From Lytechinus pictus (taxonomy: Eukaryota), in the NCBI RefSeq assembly GCF_037042905.1, contig NC_087258.1, positions 22,940,001 through 23,004,000 of the forward strand: 64,000 nucleotides of DNA, given 5' to 3'. The position numbers and the translations under genes were made by a program. The notes under the pieces were generated by a model. The model was not told the origin of the DNA, did not search any database, and saw only the letters and a list, made by a program, of their open reading frames with translations. Position 1 is the first letter of the stretch; each line of letters starts with the position of its first letter. Shown here piece by piece: positions 25,301 to 55,738 of the stretch.

Positions 25301-28300
25301 ATAATACTCATTATACACCGTAATGTATCTCTGAATATCCTTTTTATAATATTGAATAAAAAGAAAAGGAAAGGGGGCAACCTGATGATGATTAAGACTG
25401 GGGTAAATTATCTCAAAGGGTGGAAGGAAAATATTTAATATCCATGGAAACATGATTTGTTTTGCAAACTTACTGCCAAGAATCCGGCTGCATCGGGTTC
25501 AAATTGCACACACGCTGCGTCCAGTAGAAACTCGTGCCTCTCATTGGCAAATACGGTCTGAAAGGACAAGAAATGAGATATGATAAGAAAATGAGATGGT
25601 CACCACTGTATCAGCACCTATGTCTTCTATGACGAAGTTTGGATGTAACTTGCAGAAACTCATTACTTTATTCTCCCTAATAACAAATTCTTCTACAGTC
25701 AGATTTCCTAAGGCCCCCGTTCCACGAAGGGGAGACCTTTGAAGGACCTTTAAAAGACAAAAAATTTGCTAGGTCTTACAGCAGTCTGTCTCCAAGATCA
25801 CTGAAATTTGTCATCTCTGTGGAATTGCTCAGAAAGACCCCTCAAAGAACTCTTAAAGACTGATATTGATTGATATTTCTTGTCTTACAGGACTTGGACA
25901 ATTCCTATAGATATCTTTCAATAGTCTTTCAGAGATCTTGTATGCAACAAGTGATCTTTCAGAGTTCTTTCTATGGACTTTTCCTGGTCTTTCAATGATC
26001 TTTCAATGATCACTCATGAGTCTTACAGTGAACTCTGTAAAACTCTTGAGAGACTGTCGAAAGATCATGGAAAGACTAATAAGAACTTTGAAAGTTCATC
26101 GAAAGACCACTGAAAGACTGCTGAAAGACCACCAAAAGACCATTTTCATAAAAGACCATTTTCATGAAAGACTGCTGAAAGACTGTTTTGAACCATTTCA
26201 AAAAGTTTTGGGACTCACGAGGACCACGAAGACCATTGAAAGATCCATCAGGAATCATGAAAGACCAGACCTTTGAAAGATCAAGCAAGTTTCATGATCT
26301 CACAGCAGTCTTTCAGAGGTCTTGCTCTCTGTGGAATGGGGGTTTAACCAGATTCATCTTCAGATCAAATCACCATAGAATCAAAGTTAATTAAATACCT
26401 CTCTCAACAAAACATACATATCCATAAGCACCGCTTAACTTGGGTTTAGCATACTGACTACCTTTTAGTCAGATAAAAGAAGTTTTAATTAGGAAATAGC
26501 GAGATGCTACATTAAAAATGCAGGACCTCATAAACTGAAATCACTGCATGTATTTGAGAGGTTCAATTTATTGTACGATATCTCTGACCCCAAGTCTTCC
26601 AAAAATTGTCAGTATATTTTCATTTAGATCCACAATTCTTTGTATAATTTGGATCAACTAGATCCTGAATGCTATTAAGGCAAGATTAACACAGACCTGC
26701 CAACCTCTGTGAATGAAAAATTGTATTCTGTGATAAAAAGTGTATTTCATAATAAAATACGTGGCGCACTCGCTCATCGCGGCGCTCAAGCTGCATGCAA
26801 GCTAAAATGCGCACTGCTCTTGCACCCTGGTTTTAACAAAATGATTGAAAAAAAAACAAGTTACCTGAAATTACATTGATCTAATAACCATATTTGTGTA
26901 AGTTTTATGAAATAGAGACATATAGAGAAGATATTTCTTAATAAATTACGATTTTTAAAAGAAAAATGTACTGCCATATTTTGGGTGCAAAAACGTACTA
27001 AATACGCCAAAAACGTACTGGTTGGCAGGTCTGTTAACAGTTTTGTTTTGGAGGTTGAATGAAAAAGAGACTTACTGGAAGTTGTTCATCATGGAACAAA
27101 GGCGGTACTTCCACCTCTCTCCGCTCCCTGGGGAAATAAATCTGCATGATCCTATCTCTCTCTTCCCAGCTCGCCTTCCGGAGTTGCCCACTTCGTTCTC
27201 GAACTACGACAAATCTTTTCTGGGCGTGGAGAAACAAAAAAGAGATAATAAAAAATAGAATGCAATGCTGAAGATTTTATTGAAAGATTGTGGATGGTGC
27301 TTTAGAATATATATATATTCAGAAGGCAACTACTCCATGAACTGATTGCTCAATTCAAACATGAAGGAAACATTTTTAAATTTTGAATTTTAGTTTTGAG
27401 GTTTCAATTAAGTTGCAAATTTGGGATTTCCGCGATTATTCTTAGTCATTATTTATGCTAGTGAAAGAAAAATAATGATGCATTAAAGATGAGCGCAGTT
27501 TATGTAGAATCTTGTCTTTTTTCTTTTTGATGAATTTTTTAATGATTTATAAAGTTCTCTTTCATACAAGTTATTTGGTGTACTGTAACCATAATAACAT
27601 GTTGTCAATTTTCTTGAATGGGATAATCTTCTCAATAAAATCCAATTAGATGACAGATTCAGAAGAATCATGTTCGTACAAAGTTGAGACAAGGTGTATT
27701 TTCAAAGAGAGTTGTCACTCAATGGAACAATCTACCAGATGAAGATATAAAAAGTTCAACAGTCAATTACAATCACATGAGGAAAAGGTGTGGAAAAGAT
27801 CCTTAAAAGGTCCTTGATATGAATAATCCAGAAGAAAATGTTCTATGTCCATGCTCTACCCATGCCCCTCGATAAGGCCAAATAAGTTTTAGGTACCAAC
27901 TTTGGGATGCAGAGGGGCAAATAAGTTGTGCATGACTTCATGCCTACTTCCAGGGTAAATCCAAGGTAAACTCACTCTGTCATTGAGTCCGTATGTGATG
28001 TCCGTGAAGACAACGTTGGCGGTGTCAAGACCAGCTAGACCCTCATCCTCCTCCAGTACCTCATCAATGGGTGTTCTTTCGGGCAGGACCGGTGGCATCT
28101 GAAGTCTCCTCTTAGCCTCTTCCTCTGCCTCTTGATGCATCTATTTAACAGGTATGGAAAACAGAGAAAAGTATAGATATATAAAAAAAAAAACTTGGGA
28201 GAGCTAGTTCCCAGTAGATATTGACAAAATGTATATAAAAATTTAAAAAAATGACTTAAAATGGAAGAGAAACAGTGCATTTTCAAAAATCTGTTTAAAA

Positions 28301-30496
28301 ATAAAAACTTTATGTTGCAACTCATCATTATTAGGTCAAACCAACATGTCAAACCCCCCTCTTAGGAAAAAGCTAGATCCTCGACTGCCGTCCCACTACC
28401 ATTTCAATACTTATTTTAAAGTCTGAGCGGTAGTTTTGCCCTGCTGGTTTTTTATATAGCGAGAGCCTCGAGTCACTACATCCCAAGATTCTATGAATTC
28501 CTACCTCCTCTAGCTTCTTGGAGCTGACTAGTTTGTAGTTAGGAGCCTCCAAGGTCTGTTTGGCAGGCTTGAAAACCTTATCCAGCTGAAGACCGGTTAT
28601 CCTCTTCAGCAGCCTCTGGACTTCCTCATCTTGGAAGCCTGGAGAAATGGGATCACAGATGGTAAAATGAAGAATCAAGATGCTGAAATTATCTGGTTTA
28701 CAGGTTTGTTGGTCAGTATAGCAAGCAGAGGGAAGAAGGGATTCGGTAAAGGTTTTGATTTAAAAAATTCCCACTTTTGACGAGCAGATCGGTTTGAAAC
28801 TCATGTATTTTTCTTGTGGAGAAATCATCATTTTTTTCAGGGTTTTTTACATCTATTCGTGAAGCGAATTCCTCTATGATACAACCAGAGGAGATGCATT
28901 CCATAATGGCTGTGTTACTCCCAGGCCAGGCTCTCTCTACCTCATCTCTGGACTGAATGATGAGCTTATTTGCCATCGTTGACTTTCCTCTATAAAATCC
29001 ATAAAAGCTTTTGATATTGCATCTCTTTCCTCCCTTTAAAAAATTAATTAACTAGTGATGTTTATGCAACATCCTGCTGTTGATCTCCAACATAAGCAGA
29101 GGAGGAGGAAGAAGAAAAAGATGATGATTGGTCATTGGAAGCGCAGCAATGCCTTTATCAAATCACTCAAATGCAGGCTAGATTTGTGCTGTAGACATGT
29201 GTCCAAAAAGTCAATAGGTGAGTTGGCCTCAAATTTTCTTTCTCTATTTTGAGTGATCAATGTAGTTATTTTCTGGCAACCAAGTTGATTACATATATCT
29301 ATTGATGTGACATGTTTCCACGGCTCCTCTCAGAGGCTCAAACAGGCTAGGTCAGCATAAAGACTTTAAAATGCCTATTTTTAGCCACTAGCCCACACAG
29401 TATAGCCTATAGGCTACACCAGAAATATTCCAAGAGTTTGGGGAAATATTCCACTGATTCGTAGCATATTTTTCCAAACTCTTGGAATATTTCTGGTATT
29501 TTCTGAGCCATCCAATATAATATAAATATTCATGCTGTTTGACCTGCGACCCTCGCATGCGATGTTTTGGAATCAGCCGTGAATAATTACAATTTTGAGG
29601 ATAACCGGAGGATGGACACGGAGTGAAATAAGGGTGTAGAGTAAGAAATTAAGCATTTTTCTTTCTCGTTATATTTTTTGTCTATAATTTTTACAATAAA
29701 TAACTTTTTTATCCCACCTTTGTCACTTGGAATATCAGATCGGGTTCACGGTCCCGAGGTTCGGATAGGTGTAGCGGTAGTGAAGTGGAGCCTGCACGAA
29801 TTTCGCTCGAGCTCGAGGTATACCCCCCCCCCACGCCTTAAATTAAATGAGGCAATGTACGACAATACACCAGACGGTGGCCTGTACTTATAGAGACGAA
29901 GATGTATAGGCCGTATAATTAAGACTATGCACTTCTATTCCTTTACAAAATATGCAAATATTTTGCATCGGCTTTGCCCACTCACACGTATTGCGAGGTT
30001 AGTATTACTATTAGTAATAGTATACCAGGCTTTGCCTGGCACTTTTTTTTTTTGCAACTTCACTTGTTCTCTTTCTGATTGTTATGAAAAAAAGAAATAA
30101 AAATGAAGAAAAAAGATCAACAGAATAACCGAGAAAAAATGATAATTAGAGAAGATGTAAATATTCTTTTAAAATGAAAACGCCGTTAAAATATTAATCC
30201 ACAGTCCCACACAGTGCCAGTGGCCGGCTCACTCAGATTCAGAAATAACTTTGCCGACTACATACGGGATCACTCAACTCACACAATCTGTAAGGTATGG
30301 GACCACACCTGCACACTTCACTCAAAATACGAAGACGTTTTATAATGAAATCAAACAGAAAATTAAATATGTGTTTCAAATTTCTACCTCTATTGTTGAA
30401 GGACGATTTACATAACTTGCGTCCGGTAACAGGAAGGCTAAGCAATGAACGAATCGACGAGTATGTCGATAAAAGTTGGCGACTTCTATGCATCAT
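16230..30496 (-). CDS. MRPS22: 28S mitochondrial ribosomal protein S22 (mS22); exons 30388-30496 (tentative), 28505-28638, 27976-28140, 27076-27219, 25474-25557, 23488-23633, 17459-17567, 16230-16334; about 331 aa
   Basis: Translation [16 protein letters not shown]..., [86 protein letters not shown] matches vertebrate MRPS22 as I recall it. All junctions are GT-AG and in phase. Confidence 0.93.
17459..17567 (-). CDS. MRPS22: MRPS22 exon 7
   Basis: [16 protein letters not shown]...ELIK; ttacag| and |gtaaga. Confidence 0.9.
17704..18134 (-). mobile_element. L2-clade LINE 3' end
   Basis: [10 protein letters not shown]...RSLRSS...[17 protein letters not shown]...[10 protein letters not shown], followed by gtaaagcgcttagag...gcgctatataaat and an (ATT)n tail. 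Confidence 0.9.
18135..20930 (-). mobile_element. Internally deleted Gypsy-type LTR retrotransposon: LTRs 20790-20930 and 18135-18225, gag N-terminus 18817-about 18525, protease C-terminal remnant about 18525-18230
   Basis: TG...CA direct repeats; PBS TGGTGGCAGCGGTG next to the 5' LTR; purine tract AAGGGGA before the 3' LTR; gag-like and protease-like (LTAYG..LPCLG, IVG..TC..LG) peptides; no RT or integrase. Confidence 0.85.
21051..22495. mobile_element. hAT-like non-autonomous element; inverted copy at 43582-44705; carries an extra insertion of about 320 bp
   Basis: TIR CAGAGCT(G/T)CCAA; flanked by ATATAT; colinear with the second copy. Confidence 0.9.
21222..21260 (-). ncRNA. Minimal type I hammerhead-ribozyme-like motif (Penelope-type), probably mutated
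   Basis: GCCU-CCGACGA-A-GAUUCU-gcu-AGGAUC-GAAA-GC-UU-AGGC: stems I and II, palindromic stem III; core CUGANGA reads CCGACGA. Confidence 0.55.
23488..23633 (-). CDS. MRPS22: MRPS22 exon 6
   Basis: VHQKAYEDI...[16 protein letters not shown]...IQRD; donor gtgagt. Confidence 0.92.
23691..25248. mobile_element. Kolobok-like non-autonomous element, long form; short derivative at 46938-47348
   Basis: Both copies share the left end AGGTAAAAGAAAGTAGTTGC and the right end CACAACTGG.ATTTATC..|TTAA. Confidence 0.75.
25474..25557 (-). CDS. MRPS22: MRPS22 exon 5
   Basis: [28 protein letters not shown]; tttcag| and |gtaagt. Confidence 0.9.
25712..26344. mobile_element. Harbinger-like MITE with AAAGAC/GTCTTT subrepeats
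   Basis: TAA|GGCCCCCGTTCCAC ... GTGGAATGGGGGTT|TAA. Confidence 0.75.
26692..27033. mobile_element. hAT-like MITE with 6-bp TSD
   Basis: Perfect TIR CAGACCTGCCAACC; TSD TTAACA. Confidence 0.9.
27076..27219 (-). CDS. MRPS22: MRPS22 exon 4
   Basis: [23 protein letters not shown]...QLP; donor gtaagt. Confidence 0.92.
27976..28140 (-). CDS. MRPS22: MRPS22 exon 3
   Basis: [22 protein letters not shown]...NDR; AG/GT boundaries. Confidence 0.92.
28505..28638 (-). CDS. MRPS22: MRPS22 exon 2
   Basis: FQDEEVQ...KKLEE; acceptor ctccag|; donor |gtagga. Confidence 0.9.
30388..30496 (-). CDS. MRPS22: MRPS22 candidate exon 1 (mitochondrial presequence [36 protein letters not shown])
   Basis: R/S/L-rich peptide with no acidic residues; donor GAG|gtagaa in phase 1 fits the next exon; no homology support. 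Confidence 0.65.
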
Positions 30497-30825
30497 TTTC
30501 GTATGGGTTTTGTCCAAATTCAAGCATGAGACGTTTCACCTACTCCGGCGTCAAATAAGCCCTGACGTAAATCTAATCCTCACGAGCTATTCGCACTGCA
30601 CTCAAGGCAAGTTGGGGCATACACTGCGACTAATAAGAATTATTTTACGGCATATCTCCTTCTTTACATCTTGGACAAGTTTGTAGTGTCTTCGAGTAGA
30701 CCAATCGAAAAAAAAATGTCACATCGAGGACGAGGGTTCGAAAATTACGGAAAATTCTCAGCAAAGTAGCTGGGATTATAATTATGTTTTAGATAAAAAT
30801 TTCATCCGATTTCAATGACCTTTAA

Positions 30826-31071
30826 CCTTTTGCGCGCTGATGTTGCAATCTTGCACATTCGTACAATGAAATTCAATAATTGTAATAATTAGTTTTCTCC
30901 CCTACCTTCAAATTGGAGAATCTAATGAAAGGCAATACGGTAGTTATTGGATAACATCTAAATATAATAATCACAATTGGTATCAAAGGTGCAACGTGGA
31001 AATCTTAAATTCAAGAAAATAACATGGAAATAAAATTATTATCCCCCAAAATTAATTCAGCGTGCAAAGAG
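30826..31071. mobile_element. piggyBac-like MITE
   Basis: TTAA|CCTTTTGCGCGCTGA ... TCAGCGTGCAAAGAG|TTAA. Confidence 0.75.
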
Positions 31072-31084
31072 TTAAGCACTTAAG

Positions 31085-31410
31085 CAGTGGCGTACCTAGG
31101 ATTTTCCACAGGGGGGGGGGGGCAAAACCGTCCGACAAAAAACTTGACAAGCAAAAAAAAAAAAAAAAAAAAAAAAAAGGTCTTCGATCACAAATAAAGG
31201 ATTTCGTACCAGAAAAAAATTGACAAGCAAAAAAAAAAAAAAAAAAAAAAAAGGTCTTCAAGCTCGTCAGGGGGGCTTTGAAGGTCTTAAAGCTCGTCAG
31301 GGGGGGGGGGGGGCAAAAAAGGTTTTTCAAGCCCGTCAGGGGGGGCAAAGATACGTTTTTGCATGGGTTGTGAGTGCCCCCCCTGCCCCCCCCCCGTAGG
31401 TACGCTAGTG
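31085..31410. mobile_element. hAT-like MITE (poly-G/poly-A rich) with 8-bp TSD
   Basis: CAGTGGCGTACCTA / TAGGTACGCTAGTG; TSD CACTTAAG / CACTAAAG. Confidence 0.85.
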
Positions 31411-32656
31411 CACTAAAGAAATGATAAAAATTATGTAGGGCGTATAGATGGGCAAAACTTATAAAAAGTGACGAGATTTTTTAAAACCTCTTATTAAGAG
31501 TCTTAGGAACGGGCTTAAATCATCTGGGACACCCATTTCGTAAAACTTGTTATATGATAACAAATTTGCAGTTAAAAGCTACTGAAATTCACTAAGAAAT
31601 GAAGATCATTTTCGTCCAGAGAAATATGACAAGCAAAAGAAAGAAAACATTTTGGGGGGAGGGGGTTGGTTACTACAAAGTGTAGGTCATATTCATATCT
31701 CCATGGATTTTGCCATGCACACCTACCAGAATTCCAGGGGGTGCTGCCTCTGGAGAATAACACGTACATGCAACGTTACACCCCCAGCACCCCCGCTTCC
31801 CATGCAGGACCATTTACCCCAATCGTGGGACAGAATCATATTTCAACGTTGCTCATTTCATTTTCGATTCCCACTTGGTGCGCTAGTGCCCTTTGGTAAG
31901 CCATTAATTTACCTCATTACTAGGTCCCTCGGAGGGACCTTAAGCCGTCAGTCCTCTGTTTGCTTGCTAACAAGCATTCATAAGCAATCGGGTAAAAATC
32001 ACCACCATTTACAAAAAAGTTTTTCATCATGAGAGCTCAAAGATATTAATGATAATAATAACTGTTCATATTGGGCAATACTTAACTGCGCTGGCCCCCT
32101 GGGTATACGGGTAACCATTCATCTCACCTGGGTTCATAGGCAGCGGAAGCGGGGGAGGTGGGTCCTGTCCCCCCTAAATTTGAGGTGGGGGGACGGACGT
32201 GCCCCAAAACTTTCTGTTGATAACCTTTTTTTTCTTCTTTTTACTTGTCAATTTTGTTTCCTGCGTCCCCCCTAAATTCAGGTTGACCCCCCGAAAATTT
32301 TCGTGGTCCCCCCTAAAATTTTGGTTGATAACTTTTTTTTTTTTTTTTTGCTTGTCCAATTTTTTTACCTGTGTCCATCGAAAAATTTCAGGTGGACCCC
32401 CCTAAATTTTTTGGTAAGATTATGTGGCATTGCCCTGGGAAGCCCACGGCGCTGGGAATCAAACCCACATCCCTCAGATTGAAAGACAAGTCATATAACC
32501 ACTAGACCACGGCGCCCCCACATTTGATCGGGTTGACCTGACTGGTGAATACCAGCCAAAAGAAAACTGGACATCAGCAAAATGAATTCACTGTTTCTGT
32601 AATACTATATTGATTGTCGTTTGTACGTCAACGACAGCACATCTTGAGGTCAGTAT

Positions 32657-32832
32657 CAGGGGCCGCGGGAGCCGGCAGCGGGGGGGGGGGGGGGGGGGCT
32701 TCAGCCCCCCCACTTTTTCCAAAACCGTGTACAAAAACGTAAAAATGACCATATGGTTGTGATTTTTTGCATGGTCAGCCCCTCCACTTTTGGCTCAGCC
32801 CCCTCACTTTGAAAACCGTTCCGCGGCCCCTG
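32657..32832. mobile_element. hAT-like MITE with 5-bp TSD, nested in a Kolobok-like fragment (about 32640-33020)
   Basis: TIR CAGGGGCCGCGG; TSD AGTAT; the host family carries a single copy of this site. Confidence 0.85.
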
Positions 32833-33922
32833 AGTATGCAAATGAGGGAACTGATGACATCACTCACTCACTTTTTCATTTGTATTTTATTATACGAAAT
32901 ATAAAATATTCTAATTTTCTCCCCATTGTCCTGTGAAAAAAAAGTTTTATTTCGCCCTGAACTTGTGGAATTACCATTGTTTAACATTTATTGGTTCAGT
33001 CATGTTGCTCCTTTTTGCCTTATTCCCCTATACATATAACATTTTTAGCAGTGCATTCTTTTAATTTCTTATCAGTCCCCACCCTGAGTCAATAAACGTG
33101 TAAAAAATGATGTGAATTCATATGACCGTGATCAATTAAATTATGACATAAACATGTTCAGCCTTCATTTTTCAACTTGTTCCACAACTTGCCCCATGAA
33201 GACCCTATTTCAATGATTTTCAGGAAATTTTTTCCTGAACTGATCGAGCCCCCCATAGTATACCAGTTTCCCAGTAAAATCTAGAATGGTATGACCATCT
33301 GAGCGAGTGCTAGATTAAAAAACATAAAAAACCTATTAGAGTCTTGGATTGGGACATGGACCAACATAATATTGTATACAAAATTATAATAAAGGAGAAC
33401 AAACAATCAAAGAAAAGAAAAGGGAAAAAGTGTGAAATATGATACTGAATGTAGTAACATCTATATTTTTTTAAACATTAAAAAAAAAAAAAAAAAAAAA
33501 TCATTTTATTTGCTTTCTCGCTTTGCTCTCTCGCAGCTGTTTATAAATGTCACCCCATATGCCATGTCTGGTCCGGGGTCTGCCCCCCTCACCCTCAGAC
33601 AAAAGTGTTGGCTCAATGCAGTAGGCTGCGGACTTTCATCAAGGTTATGAGGTGTCTCCTTGCTTTTATCAATATATAAATTAACAAGGACAAAACACCC
33701 CCCTCCCACAACCATACCAAAATTGTGGCTACATGTAACTTCAACTCGTCAATGAACACGCGTTGTGCCTGAATCCATAACGGGTGCAGCGTAAGGTGTA
33801 CCCGACACTTACGGGGAGCTCAGCGATGAATTTTCGAAGCTTGACTAACTACGCATATTGTACTTTATCGCAGCCTGCATGCACTGTTCGATTGAACTGA
33901 GACGTGAGTTACCACTGTTGCA

Positions 33923-51522
<17,600 letters not shown>

Positions 51523-52678
51523 TCACTGCATTCAACTGTCACCTGATCACCACATACAACGGTCACCTGATCACTGCAACCAGGTTACCTGACAAATGTT
51601 TATTAGTTTCCAAATAATGCACATTACTTACGGTGTTGGTAAGAGTGTTTAAACGTGATAATGACTTTGGACCTATCTGACTCCTTAGCCAAAATAAACA
51701 TGTTTTCAATGATTTGGACATTTTTTTTCAGACAAAATTATGAATACGACCCCTAGGCTGGCCATGTATTTCAGGCCATCATAGAGACTTCTTTTGTAGA
51801 AGTTGGTTGCTTTTACGCGATTTTCAAGATTTGGATCCATTCAAACTGGCAGCTCTATACCCGGCTGAGTATTGTGCATTAATTGAGGTATACATTGATG
51901 ACGTGAATTGTTGTCATGTGATGTTAGTTACATTGAATGTCCTGCATTGCGCAACCCAAATACAAAGAACACACAAACAATATGTTTATAATTAACCCAT
52001 TGAGTACTGAAGCCTGTAATGCGTACAGGTAAATACACTTGGCGAGGGACAGTGGGTTAATGCACTATTTCGAAAGGATCCCCACTCTGAATGTCATGTT
52101 TTAGCACACTTATAATACCCTGTTGCATGAAAGTTACCAGTATGGTAACTCTGCCATTCAATGGTACATGTAACTGCCATGGTAACAATGCTCAACAGCC
52201 AATCAGAATGAAGGATTCCATGCAAGTTACCATTGGAAGGCACATTTACTTTAATATTAACTTTTATGCAATGGGGCCCTGATGGTTATTCTTCATAATG
52301 TCTTTGAAATAAAGAGTTTCATTTCCCTGTCAAGGTTTTGTAAAAGGAGTGAAATACATGTACCACCTAAATAGATGAATGGATAAATAGGTAAAATTTG
52401 GAAAGGTTCATAAAAATAGTGCTACCCTTCCATTTGTCTTGCTTAGTTTTGAAGGGTAAGGGCAAGGCTTAAAAAAAAAAATCATCTTAGAACCATTGTC
52501 GTTAATAAGGGAAATTTCAGGAGCAGCAAGGCAGTTAAAGTGGGCAGTCATGATAATCACCTTCACCATCGAGGGCTAATGCAAGCCCTATAATCTGAAT
52601 CAATGTTTATAGTTGTTGAATTTGTAATCCATTGAAGTTATGTAAGCTTTGATTTTGTATTTCAACTAGCCATATTAA

Positions 52679-54333
52679 CCCTTTGAGCCCTGAATTAATT
52701 GGGACGGTCATGACCCTCACCATGAACTATTTGCAGATATCAAGATTATTGTCAATATGAAGAAATACATGGCATTTGACAAAAATGATGTCCTATTCTC
52801 ATGATTCAAGCCCAGCCATGCCAGTGGCACCTTACTCCGCTGGTACCCGTTCTGACCTGGGTGATGTTGCTTAGCTTCCCGTACTTACGATAATCTCAAA
52901 TTTTGTCTCAAAATCACTGCTTTGATGGAAGTAAAATTCAATAATCAGTGTACGACTCGCCGTGTATTATCGCACGAGACTCCTCGGTAGGGTAGTATAT
53001 TTTTGTCATTTTTGTCTCACCTGCATAGCAGAGTGAGACTATAGGCGCCGCTTTTCCGACGGCGGCGGCGGCGGCGGTGCAACACCAAATCTTAACCTGA
53101 GGTTAAGTTTTTGAAATGACAGCATAACTTAGAAAGTATATGGACCTAGTTCATGAAACTTGGCCATAAGATTAATCAAGTATTACTGAACATCCTGCCT
53201 GAGTTTCATGTCACATGACCATGGTCAATGGTCATTTAGGGTCAATGAACTTAGACCATGTTGGGGGAATCAACATCAAAATCTTAACCTAAGGTTAAGT
53301 TTTTGAAATGTCATCATAACTTAGAAAATATATGGACCTAGTTCATGAAACTTATACATAAGGTTAATCAAGTATCACTGAACATCCTGCATGAGTTTCA
53401 CGTCACATGACCAAGGTCAATGGTCATTTAGGGTCAATGAACTTTGGCCGAATTGGGGGTATCTGTAGATTTACCATCATAACTTTAAAAGTTTATGGAT
53501 CTGATTCATGAAACTTGGACATAATAGTAATCAAGTATTACTGAACATCCTGTGCAAGTTTCAGGTCACATGATCAAGGTCAAAGGTCATTTAGGGTCAA
53601 TGAACTTTGGTCAAATTGGGGTATTTGTTGAATTACCACCATAACTTTGAAAGTGTGTTGGTCTAGTTCATAAAACTTGGACATAAGAGTAATGAAGTAT
53701 CACTGAACATCCTTTGCGCATTTTAGGTCACATGACCAAGGTCAAAGGTCAATGAACTTTGGCCATAATGGGGGTATCTGTTGAATTACCATCATAACTT
53801 GGAAAGTTGATGGATCTTTCTCTTGAAACTTGGACATAAGAGTAATCAAGTATCACTGAACATCCTGTGCGAGTTTCAGGTCACATGATCAAGGTCAAAG
53901 GTCATGTAAGGTCAATGAACTTTGGCCACGTTGGGGGTATTTGTTGAATTACCATCATATCTCTATAAGTGTATGGGTCTAGTTCATAAAACGTGGAAAT
54001 AAGAGTAACCAAGTATCACTGAACATCTTGTGCGAGTTATAGTAGTTTTCAAAATCAGCACTGCTGCTATATTGAATCGCGTGATGCAGGTGAGACGGCC
54101 AGAGGCATTCCACTTGTTTATGCTAAAACCTTATAAATGAAAGCCAATCGTCGACAAAATTATATACTGAAGTTATCGACTGAATGTCTCTCAAATGACG
54201 TCATTTTCAAAGGTCACCTGATATCTAACACCCTTGCTTTTCGAGTCGCATGACTGGGAGCCGAGATTCCGGCTTTTCGGGAATATTCGCGTTCATGGTG
54301 AAGCCGGTATTCCGACTTTCTGGGTTCAAAGGG
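52679..54333. mobile_element. piggyBac-like non-autonomous element
   Basis: TTAA|CCCTTTGAGCCC ... GGGTTCAAAGGG|TTAA. Confidence 0.85.
53009..54118 (+). mobile_element. Helentron-associated (HINE / pearl / Tsp-like) element with about 6 internal tandem repeats of roughly 155-190 bp
   Basis: 5' TTTTT-GTCTCACCTGCAT subTIR, (GGC)n microsatellite, tandem core, 3' ATGCAGGTGAGAC subTIR, ends CTTGTT. Confidence 0.85.
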
Positions 54334-55391
54334 TTAATGCTGTTCAATCATACAAGCAGGTCGTGATTTTACAGCTTGACGGTAATCACTTTTTGTTGAA
54401 CCAATGAAACTGAAATTTTGAAGAGAATGAGAGAGCCGTGTATGAGTGTTAGTAATCAAAGACAAGTATAGAGAGTGAGCATGTTTGGTTTTTAAAGATT
54501 GTGAATACCAAATTGATGAACAAAAATTTATCAGAAAAAAGGGGAATATTTTGTAGAAAAATGGTTGAACCAAGAAAAGCTGGTCTTTGTTACTTTTGAA
54601 TTTGTTTAAAAATGATTTGGTGGAAATGTTTTTCTCTATTACCTTGCATCATTAAAGATACTATTCAATTTTAATCCCTATGCTGAAGATACATTCATAA
54701 ATTTGTTATAATTTAGAAATGATCAGTCAGAAATGGTTGATAAAAAGCTCTAAAAGTTCTATTTATTATTTTTTTAAAGAGATGTTTCTTTTGGTGTACT
54801 AGTACTTTGGTAAAAAATTGGTTTTGCAACTTTACTGAAAAGTGTGTGATTTATGAATATTTTAAAATAAATAAAAAGGCAAGGAATAACTATTTATCAA
54901 AAGGACTTTGAACTACATACATGTACATCTATAACTGAAACACAGCAGCCCATGTAGGTTCTCCTCTGGTTTTTCCATAATATTCAGTTCATTAAAAGTA
55001 AAGTGAACAAACATTGTGTTGTGGATTTAATTCTGGGCTCATTTTACAACATCTGTTATGATAAAATAATGAAAGCAAAAGTTCTATAACCATAAGCCAA
55101 TCAGTAATGCTATTTCAGGTGACGAGAATTAACTATGTAGAATTCTCTAGACCTTGTGCATTGATGTCATCGCGCCGTCATCTTAGAAGCCACTGCCTTG
55201 CTTTCATTGGTGGTCTGCAACTGGCGCATCTCTGACAACTCTGTTCATATGTATTCCTATATCCTCTGAGGGAGGGCGCTATGAGATTATGATGTCATAT
55301 GCATGAGGTCCATTATGGCACCTCTGATCAACAATACAGGTGAACTTGCATAAGTCGAATATTTGCCGAAGTCAAAGCAATCTTTAAGACC

Positions 55392-55738
55392 AGGTCCCTG
55401 CCTTACAAAGAGTTACGATTGATCCGATCAATCTCAAGTATATGGAAATCCATCAATGTCATAATTTTTCTTCAGGAAATGTGCTCAATGTCCTTTGAAA
55501 ACAAAGAGAAGCATACTGAATTGTCAGGAAAACACTGAATGTATGAATGTATGTCATTTTTAGAAAATATTTTGAACATGTATTTTGGATGTTGATGTTG
55601 CTGGCTTTCTATAGTTACGATTATATGTCATGTCTAGAACATATTTTGAACAAATATGTATTTAAGATGTTGACGTAGCTGGCTTTCCATAGTTGCGATT
55701 GATCGGATCAATCACAATTCTTTGTAAGACTGGGCGCC
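55392..55738. mobile_element. Foldback MITE
   Basis: cttacaaagagttacgattgatccgatcaat / attgatcggatcaatcacaattctttgtaag. Confidence 0.7.

Noticed and set aside
28713-28976. 87-aa minus-strand ORF as MRPS22 N-terminus
   Set aside because: It is acidic, not presequence-like, and I found no suitable in-phase donor.
29718-29790. Extra MRPS22 exon (cag|GCTCC...AAAG|gtggga)
   Set aside because: Its phase is incompatible with the flanking phase-1 junctions, and the frame needed at its 3' end contains TGA.
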